Shown in pieces: positions 9,907-18,974 of a stretch of DNA of 64,000 nucleotides. The position numbers were made by a program, and so were the translations under genes. The stretch lies in IMG/VR virus record IMGVR_UViG_3300028048_000002, positions 64,001 through 128,000 of that record; one strand, 5' to 3'. The stretch is from a virus. Lineage: Duplodnaviria > Caudoviricetes. The number at the start of each line of letters is the position of its first letter. Within the stretch, counting starts at the first letter, position 1. The notes under the pieces are model-generated. The model was not told the DNA's origin. It worked only from the letters and a program-made list of their open reading frames with translations, and searched no databases.

Positions 9907-9957
9907 TCAAGTTGGATCATTTAAATATGATCTATTTGATTTAATATATTTTCCCTC
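9907..9957 (-). pseudogene. Decayed MKRYIK-leader gene remnant
   Basis: AAGGAG RBS followed by GAG GGA AAA TAT ATT AAA TCA AAT (EGKYIKSN...) with no start codon and an early TGA. Confidence 0.45.
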
Positions 9958-10054
9958 TAGTTCTCCTTATTTAATAATTTAGCAACTTAACTTACAAATA
10001 CCATAAAGTATAATAGTTACAAAGTCAATAGTAATTGAAATATCTTATTTCAAG

Positions 10055-10387
10055 TTATTCTGAATCTTCGTAATATCCACAATTTGCGCATGCTTTAGAT
10101 TCTGAATCATAATAATCTGCAACACCACATTGAGGACAAGGTGTTAAATCAACAGATCTAGAATTTCTAAACCGATTAATAGCATATTTAATAAACTTGT
10201 CAATGCAATCTCTAGCTCCAGATTCTACTTCTGTTTGAGTATAACCAAAACCCGAAGCTTTAATAGATTTAATGTCTATAGCATCAGGAACTACAAATAC
10301 ATATCCTTTATTTTTAGGCGCAATCACATATTCAATTCCAAAATATTCGGACTTAAAAGATTTTGATGCTTTAATGTATCTTTTCAT
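10055..10387 (-). CDS. MKRYIK-leader family protein with C-terminal zinc ribbon
   Basis: MKRYIKAS; CPQC..CANC. Confidence 0.7.
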   Translation of the reverse strand: MKRYIKASKSFKSEYFGIEYVIAPKNKGYVFVVPDAIDIKSIKASGFGYTQTEVESGARDCIDKFIKYAINRFRNSRSVDLTPCPQCGVADYYDSESKACANCGYYEDSE

Positions 10388-10402
10388 TTACACCTCCAAA
10401 CA

Positions 10403-10714
10403 TTACAAAACTAATTTTTCATATTCTATATTATTTGCATCTAGTAGATGTTCAAGATCAACAATATAAAGGAGTAATTTTCTATTTTCTTCTTTTACTT
10501 CATCTAGAAGTTCTTGAGCTTGTTCAAGCTTCTCTGAAGTATTTTGAAACTGTATCATAGCAGCTTCTTTTAGTTTTAACGCATCTTCTATATTTGAACT
10601 AGCAACATCTGCTTTAGTTTTATTTCTATTTACAACCGCATTTATAACAGCAACAATCGCACCGCCTCCACAAGCGGTTAAAATAGATACTAAAAATGTA
10701 ACATCAGAACTCAT
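10403..10714 (-). CDS. Membrane-anchored coiled-coil protein (holin-like)
   Basis: N-terminal TM segment with GGG followed by coiled coil. Confidence 0.5.
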   Translation of the reverse strand: MSSDVTFLVSILTACGGGAIVAVINAVVNRNKTKADVASSNIEDALKLKEAAMIQFQNTSEKLEQAQELLDEVKEENRKLLLYIVDLEHLLDANNIEYEKLVL

Positions 10715-11163
10715 TCAGAACCCTCGTTATTTATAAATTCATCTGTAAGAACTTTTTTGTATCGTTTAATGTCTTCATGGGTATTTTTCACATATAGATA
10801 TTCATCTACAAGCAAAAATATTAGTAAAAACTGACCAAAGGCATCAAGCAGTATATAATACAATACCGGATTAAATAAATCTAATATTTCATAGTCTAAA
10901 AGTACCTGAGGGATGAAACTAAAAATTTCAATAACAATAATGCTAAAAAGCAATTTATCATACGGACCTCGACCTTTAATTCTAGCTAAAATTAGTTGTC
11001 CGTATAGCACAAATCTAACTACACATAATATTCCATTAAGATGTGCAAACATTTCTCCATAGAAACTTTGCATTAATGTAAATACATTAGATACCATTAA
11101 TAAGCTATATAAGAAAATGAATCCATATTTTCTTATTCTAAACCATTTTAAATAGCGTGACAT
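10711..11163 (-). CDS. Multi-pass membrane protein
   Basis: About four hydrophobic segments. Confidence 0.55.
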   Translation of the reverse strand: MSRYLKWFRIRKYGFIFLYSLLMVSNVFTLMQSFYGEMFAHLNGILCVVRFVLYGQLILARIKGRGPYDKLLFSIIVIEIFSFIPQVLLDYEILDLFNPVLYYILLDAFGQFLLIFLLVDEYLYVKNTHEDIKRYKKVLTDEFINNEGSE

Positions 11164-11285
11164 ATCACCCTCACATAGTTATGACTATGGTGTATCTTAT
11201 TGATATATATGGTTACAAAAATTAAAAAAATCGTAAGAAAATATGCTTCTTACGATTTAAATATATAGTATATCTTAGGATATAC

Positions 11286-11507
11286 TTAGTCATAATAATG
11301 TCTAACAGATCTCTTAGTTGCTTCAATAGCTGTATCTAAAATCTTATCAAGCCAACGTTTAAACTCAGGTTTCTGATCCTCTAATTCAATTCCCAATCTA
11401 AGGTAATTATCTTTAAGTTCTATGCATAAAAGATCAATAATTTCATCTTCTGCTAGAAAATCATGTTTAGTGGGTGTTAGTTTTTCTGAAGAAACGATGT
11501 ATTTCAT
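11286..11507 (-). CDS. Leader-variant protein (MKYIVSS)
   Basis: Shortened leader variant. Confidence 0.55.
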   Translation of the reverse strand: MKYIVSSEKLTPTKHDFLAEDEIIDLLCIELKDNYLRLGIELEDQKPEFKRWLDKILDTAIEATKRSVRHYYD

Positions 11508-11510
11508 TAT

Positions 11511-11990
11511 TTAATCCTTAACTCTTTCATACCAAGTATTTTGATACCTAACTGCAGTAACTTCACCATTTTGTAATTCAACATCTTGCAGTAAATAATA
11601 ATTATCGTTAGAATAGGCTGAACAATCAACATGTTGTGAATTTTCAGCTCTATGCTTTACCCCATCTTCATCTACCCATATATTTCTACTTATAGCTAGC
11701 ACTTGCTTATATTCATCCATAACAGCTGGATCCAACATCATGTCACCGGGAAATATAGGAATGCCTTCACAATCAACAGGTACTGCTTCATACTGTACAC
11801 CAAAAACATCAAGAGGTTGTCTATGTTTTGCTACTTTTTCGACTCTTTTACAGAAATCGAATAACTCAAAAAACTCATCTTCAACATCATCTACAAGAGT
11901 TTCCAAAACATGCTGGGTATGACTTGATAAAGTAGAATTATAAAGCCTGTTACGAAGCTTATCAATGCTTTTCATATTCACCCTTAACAC
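11511..11990 (-). CDS. Hypothetical phage protein
   Basis: ORF track; PVDCEGIPIFPGD motif. Confidence 0.55.
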   Translation of the reverse strand: MLRVNMKSIDKLRNRLYNSTLSSHTQHVLETLVDDVEDEFFELFDFCKRVEKVAKHRQPLDVFGVQYEAVPVDCEGIPIFPGDMMLDPAVMDEYKQVLAISRNIWVDEDGVKHRAENSQHVDCSAYSNDNYYLLQDVELQNGEVTAVRYQNTWYERVKD

Positions 11991-12072
11991 CTAGGTATTA
12001 TACTGATATAATTAAATTTCTACGAAGCTGCATATACACGTTTTATGATATATCCTAACTGTCTATACTAAA

Positions 12073-12489
12073 TTACACTACCGTAAGTTTTCCAAAAGAT
12101 TTTGCTTCAAAAACAGCAAGTTGAAACTCTTCAGAAGCCAATTTAGATTTCAAATTTGCTATCCTAGATTTAATCAACTCAATTGCAAGATTCTTAGCTT
12201 TATCTTCATTGTCCTCATTCAAGGTTACATAAATGGCTTTTCCAGCACCTTTAGCCTTATCCAAGATAACGTCATCAGCACCGATAAACCCACCAATAGC
12301 TTTACCACTCTTATAAATTACTTTAGAATCTTCCAAGCACTTAAAATTAAATTTTACTTTATCAAATGGGCCATATTCAAAAGTAGGCTGCTTAATAGCG
12401 GTTACTTCAAATGTGTACTTAGTTACTTCCAACTTGCCTTGAACAGCTTCGAAAGAATACCTATAAATACGATCACCTACGTTAAACAT
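12073..12489 (-). CDS. Hypothetical protein, probably early
   Basis: AGGAGG RBS, consensus promoter upstream; C-terminus resembles the remnants at 16986 and 17839. Confidence 0.65.
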   Translation of the reverse strand: MFNVGDRIYRYSFEAVQGKLEVTKYTFEVTAIKQPTFEYGPFDKVKFNFKCLEDSKVIYKSGKAIGGFIGADDVILDKAKGAGKAIYVTLNEDNEDKAKNLAIELIKSRIANLKSKLASEEFQLAVFEAKSFGKLTVV

Positions 12490-12526
12490 GCTATCTACCT
12501 CCTACTTATAGATTATCTATAAACCG

Positions 12527-12555
12527 ATTATAACCTATCTAAATAAAAAAGTCAA
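12527..12555 (-). promoter_or_regulatory. Host sigma70/sigmaA-type promoter
   Basis: TTGACT-N17-TATAAT. Confidence 0.8.
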
Positions 12556-12594
12556 TAGTAGTTTAATAAATACAAAACTATTATGTACACCGTA

Positions 12595-14319
12595 TTAACG
12601 TAGATCAGAAGATGTTAAGCAAATTACAAACTCAGAACTTTTTCTAAAATGAGATTGATATTTCAGTTCTTCTACAATATTAGCTTTATATTTATAAGTT
12701 TTATCAACTACAAATAAATAATATTTGCATTTAAATCTAGATATAATGATATCAATCCATTCATCGCAAGATTTAGTTATTTGATTATTACCTGTTAAGT
12801 ATATTTCGGAATTTCCATAAGGAGGACATGTAAATAAACTTTCATATTCTCCCCTTGAACTAAAAATATCTTTACATTTAAGTCTTACATCTATATTGTG
12901 AAACTTACAAAGTTGCTTGCTTTCTTCTATAGTTTCTGCTCTAATATCTTGCCCAATGTAAGATTTACCTAAACTAGCAGATCCTAGTAATCTTCCAGAA
13001 AACCCAGAAAACGGATCAAAGATTTCTACTACATTATTAAGATATTTTGATATTAAATATTTAGCTAAAACTGGATTAAACACAGATACTTTTGGTGCAA
13101 TTTTAGAAATATTAAAACCTTGTAAAACTTTAGATGGATCTACATTATCAATATATACTAATCTATTTGCAATAGATTTTTTTAACAACTCATCATCATA
13201 CCATGCATCATAAACAGATGGTTTATTGTATACATGACAATGCCAAATAGATTTATGAAATTGTCGAATAGAGGATAATCCATACCAACAACCTGATTTG
13301 TAGTTAGCAGTGTCATAGCTTATTAATTTTGCATAGTCTTTAAGTAACCTAGAATCTGAATAATTTGGATACGGAAAATCTATACTCCTGCACCATGTAA
13401 AGATTTCACCTTCATAATTAAATATATCAAGCTTTTGAGTTATCAATACAAGTAATTGATTTAATCCTCTCTCAAAATCATCTTCTTGTATAATTAAAAA
13501 CTTAGTACCTTCAGGTACAAGTTCTAATCTACGAATATCATTTTCAGGTAACACCCATAAACCATCAGGATCATCTAAATACCCGTGATAAAAACTCCCA
13601 TCGCAATCTATAAGAATTTTATACTCAGGAATATATAAATCAAATGAATGGGTAAAAGTCTCTCCTTGTATTATATATTCAGTTTCATATACGATTTTAT
13701 ACTCATTTAAAATAGCATGTAACCGTTTCTCTAAACTGCTAGGATTGTTTTTATACGCCAAGGCTGCTTTGCTACGTACTTCTTTACTCCCTATAGGTGC
13801 AACACTACCATATCTTTCAAGATTAGTCTTTTGCATTTTATCATTACGTCCAGGAATCTGAGAAGTATACTCCACTCCGTATTTATTTAAGCACGTTTGT
13901 TTACATTTTTCTTGAAACCAATTTGCTTGTACTGGCCAATCTACTCCATACTTTTCTCTAAAAATCTGTTTAGATTTTTCTTTAATCAAATCCGATTGAG
14001 CTGCATGCTTTACTCCATATCGCTTTAAATTAGTTTGCTCTTTCTTCTTCTGAAGTTCTTCAGATTGTTGAGAAAACGGGACACCAAATCTTTTGACCAT
14101 TGTGCGTTCTCTAAGTAACTCGGCACACTTTGTAGAACACGTTTGTTTATCTTTATTGACCCAGTTTATTTCAAACCGATTACCACAAACAACACAATCT
14201 TTATAATGAATATTATCACAATATCTTTGAGCATTATAATTAGGTATGAATTCTTGTCCACACAATTTACATATTTTCTTTTTTGGCATAATATACCTTT
14301 CAAAAATAATCATTGACAA
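12595..14319 (-). CDS. Fusion: zinc ribbons + KYG repeats + PD-(D/E)xK (Vsr/DUF559-like) endonuclease + amino-DNA methyltransferase
   Basis: CxxC pairs; xxKYGV repeats; FDLYIP..ILIDCDGSFYHG nuclease motif; FDPFSGFSGR (SAM-binding) and FTCPPY (catalytic-type) motifs. Confidence 0.7.
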   Translation of the reverse strand: MSMIIFERYIMPKKKICKLCGQEFIPNYNAQRYCDNIHYKDCVVCGNRFEINWVNKDKQTCSTKCAELLRERTMVKRFGVPFSQQSEELQKKKEQTNLKRYGVKHAAQSDLIKEKSKQIFREKYGVDWPVQANWFQEKCKQTCLNKYGVEYTSQIPGRNDKMQKTNLERYGSVAPIGSKEVRSKAALAYKNNPSSLEKRLHAILNEYKIVYETEYIIQGETFTHSFDLYIPEYKILIDCDGSFYHGYLDDPDGLWVLPENDIRRLELVPEGTKFLIIQEDDFERGLNQLLVLITQKLDIFNYEGEIFTWCRSIDFPYPNYSDSRLLKDYAKLISYDTANYKSGCWYGLSSIRQFHKSIWHCHVYNKPSVYDAWYDDELLKKSIANRLVYIDNVDPSKVLQGFNISKIAPKVSVFNPVLAKYLISKYLNNVVEIFDPFSGFSGRLLGSASLGKSYIGQDIRAETIEESKQLCKFHNIDVRLKCKDIFSSRGEYESLFTCPPYGNSEIYLTGNNQITKSCDEWIDIIISRFKCKYYLFVVDKTYKYKANIVEELKYQSHFRKSSEFVICLTSSDLR

Positions 14320-14335
14320 GTATATTATAGTATAT

Positions 14336-14391
14336 ATGAATATAAAACTAAAGTTGAGACTTCATATCCCAACTTTAGTTTTATATTTCAT
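14336..14391. terminator. Long inverted repeat / intrinsic terminator
   Basis: AATATAAAACTAAAGTTG...CAACTTTAGTTTTATATT, 18-bp perfect stem. Confidence 0.55.
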
Positions 14392-14503
14392 CAGGAACTT
14401 TAAAATATTCCTAACTTAGTGTTTAATCCGATGGTACAGGTACTGGACCTGCAGGAGAGCGGGGAGGGTAAATCCTTAATTTAATACACATATAATTTCA
14501 AAT

Positions 14504-14755
14504 TTATAAATCCCACGAATCATCTTCCCAAGGATCATGCAACGAATTAAATAACGGATATTCACAATCTTCATCATAAACTATGAAATACTCTCCATCT
14601 TGTAATTCGTAAAAACTATTTTCAATTACTTGACGAAGTGTAAGGTTATAACAATCTCTGGCAACTTCTCTATCAGTATTTATATCGCAAAATTGAACAT
14701 TATACCAATTTCATGTATCGTAATATTCATCAGATGATTTAATATATCTTTTCAT
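14504..14755 (-). pseudogene. MKRYIK-leader gene with in-frame TGA at codon 15
   Basis: MKRYIKSSDEYYDT*NWYNVQFCD...DDSWDL*; GAGG RBS; TGA at 14711-14713. Confidence 0.7.
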
Positions 14756-14815
14756 TTTAACCTCGTATTAATTTTCATTCATGTATTACTGAATTAAAAA
14801 GTCAATACCAATATA

Positions 14816-14851
14816 ATAGGGGCCAGTGATATTAAATTACTGGCCCTGTTT
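14816..14851 (-). terminator. Intrinsic terminator after tail tube gene
   Basis: GGGCCAGT...ACTGGCCC hairpin with T-rich tail. Confidence 0.65.
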
Positions 14852-14863
14852 ACTAATTTAATA

Positions 14864-15424
14864 TTACTGAAGATCCGATGACGTTAGATAAATGGCTTTA
14901 GAAATGTGGAACGGTACACTTACTTTAACAACTTCTCCACCTTGTTGATTATAATCACCGTTATCTAATTGGCCAATCCAGGTACCCGGACACCTGATAC
15001 CATCTCTAATATTTCCTTGTCCATCATACCTTAAGAAGTAAACTTGACGCATATATTCTGACGGTAACCCCATACGCTCAGTCTGAGGATCATATATCTG
15101 TCTACGCCATTCTCTCAAGCTTTCGAGAACATTAGGTTCACAGAAACAGTTAAGCGTCCAAGTTACTTCACCATAATCTACTTTTCCTGGGAATTTAATT
15201 AAACCGTTACCATAATGGACAGTAATTGCATCTTGAGATTCAGAAATATTTCCAACAGTATCAGTTGATAACGTTAGAAGATCACTAAACTCAGTAGGTG
15301 AGCTTCCGTCCATGTTATAAATACGTACCTCGAAATTATTAGTCGTTAGGGGCACATAATTGTCAATACCTAACATATGATTTGTGCCTAGGTAAAGGGG
15401 AGTAAACATATTCTTTCCTTTCAT
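14864..15424 (-). CDS. Tail tube protein (T4 gp19-like)
   Basis: NNFEVRI, IKFPGKVDYGEVTWT, LREWRRQIYDP..G...YMRQ, GTWIGQL..GDY pattern of contractile tail tubes. Confidence 0.8.
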   Translation of the reverse strand: MKGKNMFTPLYLGTNHMLGIDNYVPLTTNNFEVRIYNMDGSSPTEFSDLLTLSTDTVGNISESQDAITVHYGNGLIKFPGKVDYGEVTWTLNCFCEPNVLESLREWRRQIYDPQTERMGLPSEYMRQVYFLRYDGQGNIRDGIRCPGTWIGQLDNGDYNQQGGEVVKVSVPFHISKAIYLTSSDLQ

Positions 15425-15584
15425 TTCAATATATTGAATACTGAAATAATGTAAGATTACATATCATAAATTATTATATAAAAGTTAGATATTATTACAT
15501 ATGTTGAATTTAGAAACCGATTAATTCAATACTGTATACCTAATTTAGATATTCACATTAATACATCGTTAGAAAATTTAACTA

Positions 15585-16259
15585 TTAGTACTCTTCATCA
15601 TCGATAGCATATTGAGAATCATTTAGAATATTTTCCAAATATTGTTTGTACATTTTTTTAAATGTTGCTTTAGTTTTAGATTGAATAGCTAATTCAATTA
15701 CATCTTCATTAAACATCTGATAATCATAATTTTCAGCAAGCTTTTGTTTAAAATCTGATGAATAAAACCAAATACCTCCCATACCCATTTGTGTGGAAGG
15801 TTCTAACACAACTCCTAATGTATCTTCAACTTCTTGTTGTATTTTTTCTAATTCCTCCCCAGCATCAGTTTGTGAATACAATGAATCAATTCCATCATTA
15901 GATTCTTGTTCTAGTTGATTACGCAGACCTTTCCATCCCCCTATAGGTATTTCCATTTGTATATAAAAATACAAAGAGTTAGAATAAAGACCTTGACCAG
16001 CTTCAATATTTGGATCATCTGTATATTTTAATAATTCAGATTTTAACTGTTCATCATATATTTTTTTATCGTGTTGAGATAAAATAATATCAGTAGAATA
16101 GTCATACCCAGTAAATTTTTTTCCTTTATCTGTATATGTATATTTTTTTATATTCTTTAACTCTATAGTACGACCTAAAACTTTAGAAAATAAATTTGCA
16201 ATTTGTTCTTTAGTTAATGGAATTGATTTAGATTGATTTGCTTTAATATATCTTTTCGT
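15585..16259 (-). CDS. MKRYIK-leader gene with ACG in place of ATG; C-terminal EPS-Q-GxG domain
   Basis: ACG AAA AGA TAT ATT AAA GCA AAT; frame open for 95 codons into the annotated 15585..15974 ORF. Confidence 0.6.
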   Translation of the reverse strand, partial: TKRYIKANQSKSIPLTKEQIANLFSKVLGRTIELKNIKKYTYTDKGKKFTGYDYSTDIILSQHDKKIYDEQLKSELLKYTDDPNIEAGQGLYSNSLYFYIQMEIPIGGWKGLRNQLEQESNDGIDSLYSQTDAGEELEKIQQEVEDTLGVVLEPSTQMGMGGIWFYSSDFKQKLAENYDYQMFNEDVIELAIQSKTKATFKKMYKQYLENILNDSQYAIDDEEY

Positions 16260-16321
16260 GTTTTACTCTCACCCCGTTTTCAAGTCCAGAAAGAATTCTA
16301 AAAATCTGAAGCCAATCACTA

Positions 16322-16633
16322 TTAATATTCTTCATTGTCATCAAAATCATACCAATCATAATCATAATAATGATTATGAACTATAGATCTAACAGAATTA
16401 CAAAATTCTTTGTTATCATAATCGGCAAATGGCAGCAAACTTTCGTAAATTCCGTCATCATCCATTTCAGTTATAATCAAAATGACATGCTCAAGTGTAA
16501 CTTCATATGCATCATCTTCACAATATTCTGGATAATTCTCCCAAATTTGATAAAGAATATCCAACGTAAGATCTTCTAGTAATTTTTCAGATATTCTGTT
16601 ATCACTGTTTGCAGCTTTGATATATCTTTTCAT
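16322..16633 (-). CDS. MKRYIK-leader family acidic protein
   Basis: MKRYIKAA. Confidence 0.7.
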   Translation of the reverse strand: MKRYIKAANSDNRISEKLLEDLTLDILYQIWENYPEYCEDDAYEVTLEHVILIITEMDDDGIYESLLPFADYDNKEFCNSVRSIVHNHYYDYDWYDFDDNEEY

Positions 16634-16680
16634 AGCTTATTCCTACTCAAATACGTATTCATTAAGAACAACTTATCATC

Positions 16681-16966
16681 TTACAAAGCCTTCAAAGCTC
16701 GATTTACCCCTCTAGATATCTTACGCATGCCAGCATCAATTTCACCTTCGGTATCATCACCGTAGAAGTCAAATTCCGAATAAGATTTTCCCTATACCCA
16801 TTGACCATTTACACTTACATCAAACTCATAATGCAAGTTACCATCAGACCCAAAGTATGGTATCCCACGTAGGATTTTTCTCTTCTAATCTTTCACAAAT
16901 TTCATTAGGAACTAACGCATCTGGCACTTGTCCACTTACTTTTGAAGCTTTAATGTATCTTTTCAT
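16681..16966 (-). pseudogene. MKRYIK-leader gene with frameshift and TAG
   Basis: MKRYIKASKVSGQVPDAL... stops early; the shifted frame continues YFGSDGNLHYEFDVSVNGQWV*GKSYSEFDF...KAL*. Confidence 0.6.
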
Positions 16967-16985
16967 GTTTTTCCTTAAACTAAAG

Positions 16986-17159
16986 TAACATTACTTATTT
17001 ATTAAAAATTATTTTTAAGTCTTCATAATGATCTAGATCAGATTTTATATCTCGAATTTTTTCATCAAGATATTCAGATACAAGAAACTTTGCTTTTTCT
17101 TCATCATTTTCTTTTAGAAGGACGTAAATGATGTAATTAGAAATTCTCTATTTATCTAT
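16986..17159. repeat. ~175-bp direct repeat, copy 1 (gene remnant)
   Basis: Similar to 17839..18013; minus strand encodes YVLLKENDEEKAKFLVSEYLDEKIRDIKSDL without a start. Confidence 0.8.
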
Positions 17160-17192
17160 AATAGTAATTATTTAAATTAAAATGTTAACAGT

Positions 17193-17819
17193 TTAATACT
17201 CCTCATCGTAATCTTCATCATAATAACCATAATCCGAAATATCGTCATAGAATTTAGCTTCTACGTCATCGTTGATTTCATCTCCAGGGAACTTATGCTC
17301 CATGTCTTTTTCAAACAATTCAAAAGCTTTATCATGAAAATCAGATCCAGAAAGCTCCCAATAAGCTGGATTATCGTTTACTATTTCAACATACTTAACA
17401 ACATCAAACTCATTTCCAGTTGAATCCGGTAATCCATGTATTACATAATCTTCAATAGTCTTTGCATATGCTCTCCTATTACGTTGTCCATTACGTTGTG
17501 GTTGAGGTGTTTTTTCTTTAAGAATTTCACGAATCTTCTTCATCTGTTCCTTACCGTATCCTGATTTGAGAATTTGATGAATCTGCCACATCTGAAGATT
17601 ATCGTATTCCGGGTCTGCATACCAAGATACGTCAACACCTTCTTCGAGGCCTCTGCGAATCTCATACATCTGATCCTTATCGTATTTCGGATCTGCGTAC
17701 ACAGATACGTCAAGGCCGTCTTCGAGACCATCGCGGATTTCTTTCATCTGCCACTTATCAAACACACCCATATTTTTGTAATCTTCAATTGTTTTTGCTG
17801 CTTTGATATATCTTTTCAT
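17193..17819 (-). CDS. MKRYIK-leader protein with 26-aa YADPKY repeats (2)
   Basis: MKRYIKAAKTIEDY; DVSxYADP repeats; acidic tail. Confidence 0.75.
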   Translation of the reverse strand: MKRYIKAAKTIEDYKNMGVFDKWQMKEIRDGLEDGLDVSVYADPKYDKDQMYEIRRGLEEGVDVSWYADPEYDNLQMWQIHQILKSGYGKEQMKKIREILKEKTPQPQRNGQRNRRAYAKTIEDYVIHGLPDSTGNEFDVVKYVEIVNDNPAYWELSGSDFHDKAFELFEKDMEHKFPGDEINDDVEAKFYDDISDYGYYDEDYDEEY

Positions 17820-17838
17820 ATTTTTATCCTCCATAAGA

Positions 17839-18013
17839 TAACATTACTCATTTATTAAAGATTGAGTTTTAGATTTTCATAATAATTTAGATCAGATTTT
17901 ATATCTCGGATTTTTGTATCAAGATAATCAGATACGAGCGACTTTGCTTTTTCTTCATCGTTTTCTTTTAGAAGGACGTATATGATGTAATTAGAAATTC
18001 TCTATTTATCTAT
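17839..18013. repeat. ~175-bp direct repeat, copy 2
   Basis: Similar to 16986..17159; partial third copy at ~18852..18910. Confidence 0.8.
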
Positions 18014-18089
18014 TTAAAATAAACAAGTTAACTGAGAAAATTCATTAAATTGAAAAATTCATCATATCAATATCAGAAAATTGATATTA

Positions 18090-18839
18090 TCAATACTCTA
18101 CATCGTCATAAAAATCATTCAAACTATATTCATCATCGAAATAAATAGGTTCAGATGTTCCTGCAAACTTCTCACGCATATATTTAACTTCATCTATCAT
18201 ATCAGGTATTTCAAATGCATGATGAGATCCTACGGATTCAAAGCAAACGTCAAGTGCCGCATCTTTAATCTGAGATATATCTGTTGGATCATCATAATAA
18301 TCAGGATCTTCTATAAACGATTTAACTACATCCTTTAAGTATGCCCACGAATACAAATCCAATTCCTGTGTAGCTACTTCAATTACCTTATCTCCGAGTA
18401 AAGCGCAATATTCAGAATCCAAACCATCTGATTTAATGGTTTGAATAATCTTAGATTTTACATCTTTTGCTTCTTTAGAAGTTTCACCTACTCTATTTTT
18501 CTTTTCTTTAAGGTTTTCACGAAGCTCCTTCATCTGCTTCCAACTATATTTCGGATCTGCATATACCGAAACATCAAGACCCTTTTCGAGACCTTGATAA
18601 ATCATGAGCATCTGGTATTTATCATATTTTGGGTCTGCGTACCAAGATACGTCAACACCATTTTTGAGTCCTACAAAAATCTGAAGCATCTGGTCTGCAT
18701 TATATTTCGGGTCTGCATATATAGATACATCAACCCCCTCTTCGAGACCTCTACGGATCCAGCGCATCTGGTCATCATCAAAAACACCCATCTGTTCATA
18801 ATCTTCAATTGTTTTTGCAGCTTTGATATATCTTTTCAT
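18090..18839 (-). CDS. MKRYIK-leader protein with 26-aa YADPKY repeats (3)
   Basis: Leader + repeats + unique acidic C-terminal domain. Confidence 0.75.
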   Translation of the reverse strand: MKRYIKAAKTIEDYEQMGVFDDDQMRWIRRGLEEGVDVSIYADPKYNADQMLQIFVGLKNGVDVSWYADPKYDKYQMLMIYQGLEKGLDVSVYADPKYSWKQMKELRENLKEKKNRVGETSKEAKDVKSKIIQTIKSDGLDSEYCALLGDKVIEVATQELDLYSWAYLKDVVKSFIEDPDYYDDPTDISQIKDAALDVCFESVGSHHAFEIPDMIDEVKYMREKFAGTSEPIYFDDEYSLNDFYDDVEY

Positions 18840-18974
18840 GTTTTGTCCTTTCATAAGATAACTTTGCTTATTTATTAAAGATTACTTCTCACACCTTCAT
18901 AATAAGCTAGTGTAGTTCCCTTCTCTTGAAGTTTTGATATTTATTACTACATACATATTATATAATATGTTACA

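Noticed and set aside
10000-14810. TATTGACTT sites near 10025 and 14800 as full promoters
   Set aside because: The -35 matches but there is no convincing -10 at 17-bp spacing; possibly decayed along with the downstream pseudogenes
5763-16966. Stop-codon reassignment to explain in-frame stops
   Set aside because: The interruptions involve TAA, TGA and TAG plus a frameshift; all three codons end normal genes, long core genes are uninterrupted, and no suppressor tRNA is present in the window
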